A stretch of 63,976 nt of DNA, the filler included, from Gonapodya sp. JEL0774 (taxonomy: Eukaryota): assembly GCA_027604505.1 (NCBI GenBank). It is 6 parts of 6 records of this genome, joined end to end, with 100 filler letters (N's around TTAATTAATTAA, not from the genome) between each part and the next. Parts side by side here need not be neighbours in the genome. Positions count along the whole stretch, not along the records: positions 44,009 to 54,620 come from JADIIX010000376.1; positions 54,721 to 63,976 come from JADIIX010000418.1; 4 more parts are not named here. One strand, 5' to 3'. The notes under the pieces were generated by a model that was given only the letters and a program-made list of their open reading frames with translations, ran no database searches and was not told the origin of the DNA. How positions within the stretch are numbered: the stretch's first letter is position 1; every line of letters begins with the position of its first letter. A program made the translations under genes and the position numbers. Of the stretch, positions 48,646 through 57,373 are shown piece by piece.

Positions 48646-48951
48646 TTATGACGCCATGATTGCGAGAGCACCTATCATGTATCCCATTGTAATAAACTTG
48701 AGTGTTCCGTTCACTGGGGTGAAGTCTCCGTACCCTGTCGTCGTCCCTGTAGTCACAAGGAAGTACACCACGTCGTACATGCTCATCTTCTTCTCTTTGA
48801 ACGAAGAAGGCACGCCCCAGTGTTCCACATCTTGAAACATCCACCATATCACAATCGCCACTGCCATTGTCCACGCTAGCACCACTCCAACCCGCATCAC
48901 AACTTTCCAAACGTCAATCGACTGAAGCTCCTTTGCAAATATTGATGTCAT
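48646..48951 (-). CDS. Miniature 2TM/1P potassium channel, viral Kcv-like
   Basis: 101 aa, intronless. TM1 (VVMRVGVVLAWTMAVAIVIWWMF), turret, pore helix and filter YDVVYFLVTTGTTTGYGDFTP, then TM2 (LKFITMGYMIGALAIM) and an immediate stop. Confidence 0.9.
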   Translation of the reverse strand: MTSIFAKELQSIDVWKVVMRVGVVLAWTMAVAIVIWWMFQDVEHWGVPSSFKEKKMSMYDVVYFLVTTGTTTGYGDFTPVNGTLKFITMGYMIGALAIMAS

Positions 48952-49013
48952 TTTCCCTACCCTTTCTTACAGTAAATCTTTTCTGCTGGTACACTATGCC
49001 GTCATGTCATGGC

Positions 49014-49230
49014 GAGCAACTGTACCAATCCATCCCATCCCCATCCCCATCCTGAAATGCATTTTCGAAAAGTTTCAGAACCTCCATCTCCATCCTCCAT
49101 CCCATCCCATCCAGTATTTTCAAAATCTCCATTCCATCCATCCCATCTTCATCCTATATTTCGTTTTCGGAAAGTTTCAGACTCTGGATCCCATCCCCAT
49201 CCCTCACCATCCCAGGGATCCATCCCACAA
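49014..49230 (+). repeat. Palindrome/CATCCC repeat array, block 3 (C-rich on +)
   Basis: catcctgaaatgcattttcgaaaagtttcagaacctccatc... in reverse orientation relative to blocks 1-2. Confidence 0.9.
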
Positions 49231-49298
49231 TTTTTTCAAAGTTTATTTTTTACTTCATACAAGAATGACCGCCCATCCATCGTCCATCCAATCTTCAT

Positions 49299-49902
49299 AT
49301 GGAGAACGCATTGCAAGTCACTCGAACCAACATTGAGGCTATAACTGCCTACTACGCTCATCGTATATGCGCCAATGGCTTCCAACTCGACCAGCTTGTT
49401 TCCGAATTCAATGCAACCCTTCTGACTGGAAGTCCCACTTTCATACACTACTCAGAGGTTCGGTTTAGTCCTTTGTTCCGTGCCTTCCTTCCACCTGTCC
49501 TCATTCCAGCCATTTCATGTCCTCATTTAGTTGGACTCTTTTGCCCTCACCGCAATGTGGGAGGATTGCGATTCTCTCCATTCTGCACTCTCCAGCCAAA
49601 CTATCTCCACCTCATTTTCAGCCGAGTGTAGTCTCCTCAAAGAGACAATGATAGATCTCTCTATTGCACTCCCAGAGTTTTTGGCCTCCGTTGACAACCT
49701 CATCAATCTCACGACGGAAGAAGCCGTGCCCCAGCTTATCAAACTCGCTGACCTCCAGGACTTTCATGCCAAAACGTCTCGAATCCGCCATCTTCGGGAG
49801 CTAGTGTGGAGTAGTAGTATCTTTCCTTCCCACACTCCTTCAGCGTCCCTAGGCATCGATCCAAAATGTATTTGGGCACAACCTTCATGTGTAATTCAAT
49901 AA
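49299..49902 (+). CDS. Hypothetical helical protein, family copy A (2 exons)
   Basis: IEAITAYYAHRICANG...VSEFNA / ...QDFHAKTSRIRHLRELVW...GIDPKCI, homologous to 53490-54302. Confidence 0.6.
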
Positions 49903-49964
49903 CTGTCGTCATGAATACATCTCATTCGTTCACATTTGCCATCCAAAACACTGTTTCTGAAGCT

Positions 49965-50427
49965 CTATCCAATCCCATCCACAATGAGAGAATTGAGAAA
50001 GTTTCAGAGTCTCCATCCCATCCTGAATTCCGGTATCGAGAAGTTTCAGAACCTTCATCCGATCCCCATCCTCAAGGAGTTTTCGAAAAGTTTCAGAACC
50101 TTCATCCCATTCCCATCCCCATCTCCATCTCCATCCTGAAAGGAGTTTTCGAAAAGTTTCAGAACCTTCATCCCATCCCCATCCCCATCCCCATCCTGAA
50201 AGGAGTTTTCGAAAAGTTTCAGAACCTTCATCCCATCCCCATCCCCATCCTGTAGGAGTTTTCGAAAAGTGTCTGAAACTCCATCCAATCCCCATCCCCA
50301 TCCCCATCCCCATCCTGAAAGGAGTTTTCGAAAAGTTTCAGAACCTTCATCCCATCCCCATCCCCATCCTGTAGGAGTTTTCGAAAAGTGTCTGAATCTC
50401 CATCCAATCCCCATCCCCATCCCCATC
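49965..50427 (+). repeat. Palindrome/CATCCC repeat array, block 4 (most homogeneous, ~8 units of ~55-60 bp)
   Basis: Near-identical units CATCCTGAAAGGAGTTTTCGAAAAGTTTCAGAACCTTCATCCCATCCCCATCCC. Confidence 0.95.
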
Positions 50428-50439
50428 ACATTTCAAAAG

Positions 50440-50618
50440 TGCATATAAGTCATTCCATTTGTATTACAGGCAAACAAACCAGTGTCGTAGTTGTGGAATT
50501 TGACGCTCTCGCACAGGACTTTGACAACGCAACCTCCCGCATTCGTGATTTCCGTGAAACCGTCTGGATCAACGCCAGGGACTCTAAATACAGGAAAGAT
50601 GTCCCATCCGGTATCTAA
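50440..50618 (+). pseudogene. Internally deleted copy of the 53490 family gene
   Basis: ICITGKQTSVVVVEFDA is fused directly to LAQDFDNATSRIRDFRETVWINARDSKYRKDVPSGI*. Confidence 0.8.
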
Positions 50619-51221
50619 CACTGCTTGTATATGTAACAATTGAGAAAAAAACAAAGGAACAAAAATAAACTGTGTACAGGCCTGCGCCACGTCTTCGCCA
50701 CCCTTGTCGCCCATTTAAATACAAGCCCACTTCCCCACTTCCCCATTCCCACACATGTCCTCGTCACTCAAAGTAAGCCCTCGTTTTCATTCTATATGGT
50801 CCCACCTCTGTCTGACACCCGGCCTACTCCTGCTCCAGCGTCATCGCGACTTCACTAGATGTCCATCGGTTCGTTCGCCATCCCTCCACTCCCTCTCTCT
50901 TCCCATCGACATCATCTTTCCCTTCACCGCTCTTTCTAGGACTCTGAATCACTCCATACCGGTTCTCCAGGAAGGAGCGAGAGTCGCCACCCGGTATGCT
51001 CCACGTCATGCATTCACAACACATCCAGCAATCTCACTCTCACTATGCCCTTCAGATCGTCACCTCGGATTTATCAGTCAATCAGTCCACGCACGATGTG
51101 CGGAGGAAGCGCCGAAGGCTTGTGAGTTGGCACTACGTGTTACATCTGCCATGAACCCACCCACCCCAGCTCACACTCGTCTCTCACACACTCTCTCTTC
51201 AATCAGCCTCGCAGTAGCGAG

Positions 51222-52264
51222 GTGATTCGCTTGGTCGTCGACCGCAATGGTAAGGACGTGGTCGGTCAGGACCTTCCTGGCCCACCAATAGCCGATAATG
51301 AAGAGACACTGGTGAGATCAAGTCCTACAGGTATACCAAGTGTCGTCGCACTCACAAACTCACTTCCGTATATCAAGGGAGAACCCGTCTCATCCGCGTT
51401 GTCGTATGACAACAACCACTTTAACGAGGTGGGTGAGGAGGCTGACAATTCCGCTAAGGTATGTTACCAACCAGGAATGTGGTTTGTATGCTGAAAGATT
51501 CTCACCGGCTATCGACGACACAGCCCATCGTTTTTTACTCAACAGCGGCCGACCCTGCAAGCAAGGTGGAAGAGAACGTCCAACGTCTCATGCAAGAGAA
51601 GTTGTCACCGCTTTCCGTCGAATATGTCCCTCAGGACATTACCTCGTCTTTCGATGTCACTGGTGTTACCGACGATACACCATTTATCAACGCCAACGTC
51701 AGATGCACCGTCTGCCACATGGGGATCGTAACTAAAATCGTCTGCACCGAAGGTCACGGTCTCTGCTCATCCTGCTCCAGTCATTACACGGCCCAACGTT
51801 TCAGCCCTTGCACACTGAGCCGCTGCTCCGGAACCTTTCTTCCAGTCTTCGCCAATGCAATGTACCAGACTCAGAACGCCATGGCAATCTCCATTCCATG
51901 CTCTTCATGCTCCAAGGTCATGACTTATGGCGACTTACTCAGGCACCGTAGCGGCACACACGACCCATGTCCTTATTTTATCTGCCCCCTCGGCGAGTGC
52001 GGGCTCCCAGTGGGTCGCACCGAACGCAGACAGATTCAGCATCTCACTTACCAATGCTTGTCACCCGAGAGCGCCCGTACCTGTATGTTCGCCACCGCGT
52101 CATTCGCTGTGTCCTCTCTTACTACAAGATTCTCTGTCTGCGGCTATATCGGATCTTGTGCCGCTGACGCGACCAATCACGCCTCGATCAACAGATGCGC
52201 AGGATTCATGATGGGCCTTCTCGATAGGAATATTAGTATTTCAATCCATTTAATACCTGAGTAG
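51222..52264 (+). CDS. RING-like + multiple Zn-finger protein (related to 18138-19154); 5' structure uncertain
   Basis: CTVCHMGIVTKIVCTEGHGLCSSC...PCTLSRC; IPCSSCSKVMTYGDLLRH; CGYIGSCAADATNH. Confidence 0.65.
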
Positions 52265-52457
52265 CTTGGTTGTTGCAACGAACAAACGTTGATTTTTACA
52301 ACGTTGTCCCGTCCCAAACATCGTATGTGCGCCGGTATTTCAGTGGACTTCCTCATTGGCCTGAGCACTTTGTACTCCAGCCACTGTCGACGGAAAGTAT
52401 GGCATTTCGCGCGCGAATTGGCATGCGCGCATGAAGAAACATCCCAGCTGAAAAGCA

Positions 52458-52496
52458 GAAGAAGAAGAAGAAGAAGAAGAAGAAGAAGAAGAAGAA
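52458..52496 (+). repeat. (GAA)13 microsatellite
   Basis: Perfect GAA run just upstream of the ATG at 52528. Confidence 0.95.
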
Positions 52497-52527
52497 TACA
52501 AAAATCGGTTTTAGCTGTACAGGAAAA

Positions 52528-53211
52528 ATGGGGATATTGCTTTCCACATTACAAGGCCCAATCTCGTCGAGCATTTCTTGTGTTTGTGCAGTACTGGTTG
52601 TAGGTTTCCTTCTGAGACAATTTTTCGGAAATCTGTTCGACACAATTGTGAACTTTCTGGCAGTTTTGAATCCGTTCAAGAATTCGTACGGTCGCGGCGT
52701 CGGCACAATCCCATCTGTTTGCGCGAGCAATGAATCTCTCGAAGCCGGACTATGTTACACGAAATGCAAGACCGGGTACCGCGGTTTCGCCACAGTGTGC
52801 GTCCCCGACTGTCCGGAAGGTTTCAGAGACGATGGTCTTTTTTGTTACAAGCCCGGTCCAGATGGCAGAGGGGCGGGATACCCGTGGTCATTCGGGGACG
52901 GACTCAATTTAGATGCGGCAATGTCACGTTGCAACGCCGAAAACGCCGACATAGGATGTGAAGTATGCGGAGCAATAGTATATCCGAAATGCAAACCAAA
53001 CCAAACTGCCGTGGGATGCAATATATGCAGTCCTGTTTGTCCCTCCGACATGACGGATATCGGGATCAGCTGCACGAAGCACACTTACGACAGAGGCGTG
53101 GGTAAAATCCCTGTTAGCTGCCCGACTGAGCAGGAAAACAGTGGTGGTTTGTGCTACGACAAGTGTAAGCCAGAGTTTCCTCATGGAGCTGGGCCAGTTT
53201 GTTGGGCTTGA
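52528..53211 (+). CDS. Intronless Cys-rich YGRGVG-repeat protein with N-terminal TM
   Basis: TM segment, then repeats SYGRGVGTIPSVC...GLCYTKCKTGY...VC..DCPEGFRDDGLFCYKP...GRGAGY...TYDRGVGKIPVSC...GLCYDKCK...GAGPVCWA*. Confidence 0.8.
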   Translation: MGILLSTLQGPISSSISCVCAVLVVGFLLRQFFGNLFDTIVNFLAVLNPFKNSYGRGVGTIPSVCASNESLEAGLCYTKCKTGYRGFATVCVPDCPEGFRDDGLFCYKPGPDGRGAGYPWSFGDGLNLDAAMSRCNAENADIGCEVCGAIVYPKCKPNQTAVGCNICSPVCPSDMTDIGISCTKHTYDRGVGKIPVSCPTEQENSGGLCYDKCKPEFPHGAGPVCWA

Positions 53212-53445
53212 AGCAACTGAACCAATCCATCCCATCCCCAACCCCATCCTGAAATGCATTTTCGAAAAGTTTCAGAACCTCCATCTCCATCCCATCCCAT
53301 CTCATCCCCATCCACATCCTCATCCCATCCCCCATCCTGAAAGAGATTTCGTAAAGTTTCAGAATCCGGATCCCATCCCCATCCTGAACAAGTTCTCTAA
53401 TAGTGTCTGAAAATCTTCATCCTATCTTCATCCTATCCCATCCCT
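53211..53445 (+). repeat. Palindrome/CATCCC repeat array, block 5 (C-rich on +)
   Basis: The first ~75 bp are nearly identical to the start of block 3. Confidence 0.9.
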
Positions 53446-53489
53446 CTCAACCTAAAAAATACATAGAAGTGATTTTCCGAATCCCAAGT

Positions 53490-54302
53490 ATGGCTCCATC
53501 GTGGCGCGACCTGCGATCAGCACTCGAAATATCTGTGTCTCGCTTGGTCAGCGACCGCATGTCCGCCATCACAGCCCATCATGCAGCCACCATTTGTGCT
53601 GCAGGCAAACAAACTTATGTGGTCGTTGCGGAATTTGACGCTCTCCTCATCCGCTTTCGCGACGACCTCACAAATTCTCAATTGCCACTTTCAAAGAAAC
53701 TCTTCCCTTTCTCAATGGTAACTCGCGACAGTCCTTTGCTCCTCTGGACCTATTGCGTCACCTCTCGCATTTGTGTATTTCAGGACAATAAGCAATCCCG
53801 CGACATCTGGCATCTCTACGAACAACTGGAAGATGATCTATCAACTAACTCAGTCACAGCCAAACTCATCGCTACCTGCGAAACGCTCCGACTTGACCTC
53901 GTTGCTTTTTGTGGCCCCGCAGTCAATCCTGAATACATCTCTCGCGCTATCCAATCCGTCAAACTCTTCGCTCTCCCCGCTCTCGTCAACCTCGCTCTCG
54001 CACAGGACTTTGACAACGCAACCTCCCGAATTCGTGATTTTCGCGAAACCATCTGGATCACCGCCAGGGACTCTAAATGCAGAAAAGATATACCTTCCGG
54101 TATCGACCCCGCATGTATATTGAATGATAAGATTTTTTTTGACTGTCCATGGGCTGAGCCACTTTTTCTCGGCTGGCGACCGTGGCCACATTATTCTCAA
54201 TCGCCGATTCCCCATCGTACCAATGTCAGCCAAGGCAAGCCATCCACATCGCGCTATTCGTTTTTTTCCACCTCTGCCTTACACCGGACCTCCTCCTGCT
54301 GA
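53490..54302 (+). CDS. Hypothetical helical protein, family copy B
   Basis: MAPSWRDLRSALE...MSAITAHHAATICAAGKQ...VAEFDA, a likely in-frame intron at ~53718-53783, then QDFDNATSRIRDFRETIW...GIDPACI. The 3' end is uncertain. Confidence 0.65.
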   Translation: MAPSWRDLRSALEISVSRLVSDRMSAITAHHAATICAAGKQTYVVVAEFDALLIRFRDDLTNSQLPLSKKLFPFSMVTRDSPLLLWTYCVTSRICVFQDNKQSRDIWHLYEQLEDDLSTNSVTAKLIATCETLRLDLVAFCGPAVNPEYISRAIQSVKLFALPALVNLALAQDFDNATSRIRDFRETIWITARDSKCRKDIPSGIDPACILNDKIFFDCPWAEPLFLGWRPWPHYSQSPIPHRTNVSQGKPSTSRYSFFSTSALHRTSSC

Positions 54303-54620
54303 AGCGCGTTCGCGATCCATCGGTTCGTTCCGAACCAACTCCATCTCCGTCGTCACAATGAAAAAACTGGTATTTTTTCTGCCAGGTCACCAGTTCTAGC
54401 GAGAGTCCAAGCGGGTCAGGAGGTTCGACGAGTACTGCACGACAAAAACTGGTGAGTTGCTGGAACTGCTCATTATCTCTGCCATGAACTCTCTCTCCCT
54501 CGCATCATGAGACCAAACCAAAGGCGAAGCGCGGTTCGGTGTACAACGCCGACCCTCAAAACCAAGCGGTGAGTTCAAGGTCCTTTTTCATACTTTGAAT
54601 CACACCTCACATGCTCGACA

Positions 54621-54720
54621 NNNNNNNNNNNNNNNNNNNNNNNNNNNNNNNNNNNNNNNNNNNNTTAATTAATTAANNNNNNNNNNNNNNNNNNNNNNNN
54701 NNNNNNNNNNNNNNNNNNNN
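54621..54720. other. Artificial scaffold spacer
   Basis: N44-TTAATTAATTAA-N44. Confidence 0.97.
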
Positions 54721-56555
54721 TGCCAGATCTGCTGGCTGTTGCAGAAAAAGCATGAGCATTCAGAGCCATTGGCTCACCATTTGGATCAAGTGTGGAAACG
54801 TAAGCAAGGAACCCAACTGGGCTCTTATCTGCATCAAAATTCTGTAAAGTTTGAAAGCTAGAGGATTGATTGTCCCCTCCCCGACGGACCCACGAGCAAA
54901 AGTCTAAGGGGGGTTGGGGCCCCCCAGTGACTTTTGCTCGTGGGGCTGTCGGGGAGGGGAGGGAGCCCCGCGCAGCGGCCGCTTGTAGCGATGCTGTGCC
55001 ACAGTGCCGCGAAGAAAAGTAATTGCGGACAGGGTGTCCCTTCCACTCACCTGACTGTGCAACACGATCCAAGAAATGGGGCCTGCAATTCGAATACTGA
55101 GAAAAGTCCTCTGTATTCTGCTCCTCCTCTACATCGCCATCTACGTCAAATCCATCCTCAATATCCTTTTCTGCAAAATAAACCCTTGCGTAGAAACCAC
55201 CACGACCTCTGTTTTGACCTCTACCACCTCCACAACTAGTTCCTCTCCAGGTTCCATCAGCCTGGTTCATTCCACCTCCACATTAACCTCCGCGGTTGTC
55301 TGGAACTCCATGTCTCCTGCCAAATCTAACTTCACCACCGGGTCTTCCCCAATCACTTCTATTTCCACCAACCCTCGCTTGAATCTGACTCGCCCACTCT
55401 GCTGGTGTGGCGCAGTCACGACCAAAGTGTCCATATCCGAGACAGCGGTTGGATTGCTCAAATGGTGTTTCAGACCTTCGGTTTCCTCCCATCACTGCCT
55501 GTCCCTGATCCACTGCATTTGCCTCCGCGCCTGTGAGTCGACCACAAATCTTGGCGTCTCAAAGTGTGCTCGTGATTTCGGCAACAGATGGTGGTGTGGA
55601 ACCGGACGATATGATGAATCGATCGTAAAGATAATCTGAGAGATGTTTTGCCCCTTCCAAGAAAATTCTTGTTTCCTCAGACAGTGAGAGTGTTCCCCCA
55701 GTCGCTTGGTACTCGTTTTTGAGTCTGCTAAATGTGCTGAGATACTCAGTGACTGATCCGTCCATCTGCACATCTTCAAGTGCACGCCTCTTCGCAAACT
55801 CCTCTGCCTTCCGATTTCCATGAGACGTTGTTTTCAATTGCTCCCATAGTTCTACTGATGTGTTGCAATCCATGATCAAAAGGAATAGATCGTCAGATAT
55901 GATTGAAATCAACGCTGCCCTTAATCCCCGATCCATCTTGTCCCATTCGTCTTGTTTCTTCTCAATTTCCGCTTTGACTTCTTTGCCCGCTGTTGCTGGC
56001 GGGTCTGCGGGCCGTTTTGCAACCCCTGTGACCATCTTCCACGCCCCCAGGACAGTTTCCATTTGAACCCTTGCAATCCCCATCCATACCAGGTAATTGT
56101 CTGCTCCAGTGAGCTTATTTGTCACTCTCTTTGCCTGCGCATTGAATCTCCGTCCATCACTCATGGTTGGTTGACGTGGTGTGAGTGGGAGGGGTCCCAA
56201 TTCAATGTCCAACTCCGTCAAGAATTTCCACCAGTTCCTATTTGTATCCACCTTCAGAGCTCCAGGCTCATAACCTAATGACCTTTTGAGAGGTTGGAGG
56301 CGGTTACGATTCTTATCTATTCTTATCGATTGCTCTGTCGCTGTGCACTACTGTGGTCACTAGTGCTGCACTCTTGCCCCACACTCCAAGTCTAACTGCT
56401 CACTACATAACTCCACAACCAGGAACACTAGAGACATTGTTCAAGTACCAAAATGCATCTACTCTTCAAGACGGTTCCAATGCGCCTAACAGCATACCTT
56501 GATCACTATCCGCTGTTGAGCTATTTGACATCCAAACTCTACCCATACTTCAATA
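54721..56555 (-). mobile_element. Ty1/Copia element B: 5' LTR (56555-56276), PBS GGTTATGAGCC, decayed gag
   Basis: The gag reads KLTGADNYLVWMG...WKMVTG...DEWDKMDRGLRAALISIISDD...SVELWEQLK. The PBS immediately follows a 280-bp LTR. Confidence 0.88.
54872..55087. mobile_element. 216-bp non-autonomous insertion with a terminal foldback hairpin, flanked by ATT direct repeats
   Basis: 32-bp inverted arms at 54873-54904 and 54929-54960 (2 mismatches). ATT at 54869-54871 and 55088-55090. CpG-rich relative to the host Copia sequence. Confidence 0.6.
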
Positions 56556-57373
56556 TGAATATCAGGCTGTTATGGACAGGAGTCAATTTACATCTGCCTT
56601 TCATGTTTTGACAGAATTAGACAGACTTTACAAGAGCAAGTCTCAGATTTTTCAGGATCATCTTATGGATGATTATATCAGTTTACAGTTTGAGTTCCCA
56701 TCAGAGAACCTCCAGTCATTCCTTACCAGAGCAAATGAGATGAGGAGCAGATTGGACACTATCGATTCATCTCAGAAAATTCCAGAGAGAATTCATCGGC
56801 ATATACTTGTGAAAGCCATTTCATCTGTTGATGATTTCAAAGATTTCAGGACTGTTGTGTATGCTGGTCTTGGAGACAGTGAGAATCTCACTACTGAGAG
56901 GGTTTTAAGGGAGGCACGCCGTCTGGTGGAGAGTCGAGAAAGGGAGTTGAGGGAAAACTCTTCAGACAATGCATCTGCAAATTATACAGCACGTGGCAAG
57001 AAAGTGCTCACATGTTTTTCATGTGGAAAACCTGGGCATACTGCCAGATTCTGTCCATCTAATAAAGAAGAGAAGAAAGTCTCTCAAGATGATTTATCTG
57101 GTCACTCTGCTTCAAAGAGCACATATTTTCTTGGGGATAATGTTCAGTATCAGGCCCTTAACTGGTTTGCAGACAGTTGTGCACCAAATCATATTGTTAG
57201 AGATCAATATGGACTTCTTAATTATGAGTCCACATCATATACACCTATCACCATTGGTGGCAGAGAATTCTATGTGGAAGGCATTGGAGATCTGAAACTC
57301 AGTTTACCCAAGGGCAATGGACAATATGAGGATGTGATCTTGAAGAATGTTCAGCATGGTCCAGGTCTGAATG
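56556..57373 (+). mobile_element. Ty1/Copia element A: gag-protease fragment, cut on both sides by other elements
   Basis: Zn knuckle CFSCGKPGHTARFC; protease WFADSCAPNHI...VEGIGDLKL...LKNVQHGPGL. Confidence 0.88.

Noticed and set aside
49965..50427. CRISPR-like array (palindromic repeat at regular spacing)
   Set aside because: The intervening sequences are low-complexity CATCCC runs, not unique spacers. There are no cas genes and the context is eukaryotic.
45887..50429. ORFs such as MGMGMG..., WGWGWD... and HPIPIPIL... in the repeat arrays
   Set aside because: They are translations of the non-coding repeat arrays.
52289..52730. Poly-Arg and poly-Phe ORFs
   Set aside because: They are translations of the (GAA)13 microsatellite.
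45887..53445. Telomeric repeat tracts
   Set aside because: The GGGAT runs are short, degenerate, interstitial, in both orientations and always interleaved with the palindromic core.
10942..54720. Five regularly spaced TTAATTAATTAA motifs within N runs
   Set aside because: These are artificial 100-bp concatenation spacers with stops in all frames, not biological repeats. Cross-spacer gene neighbourhoods were not interpreted.
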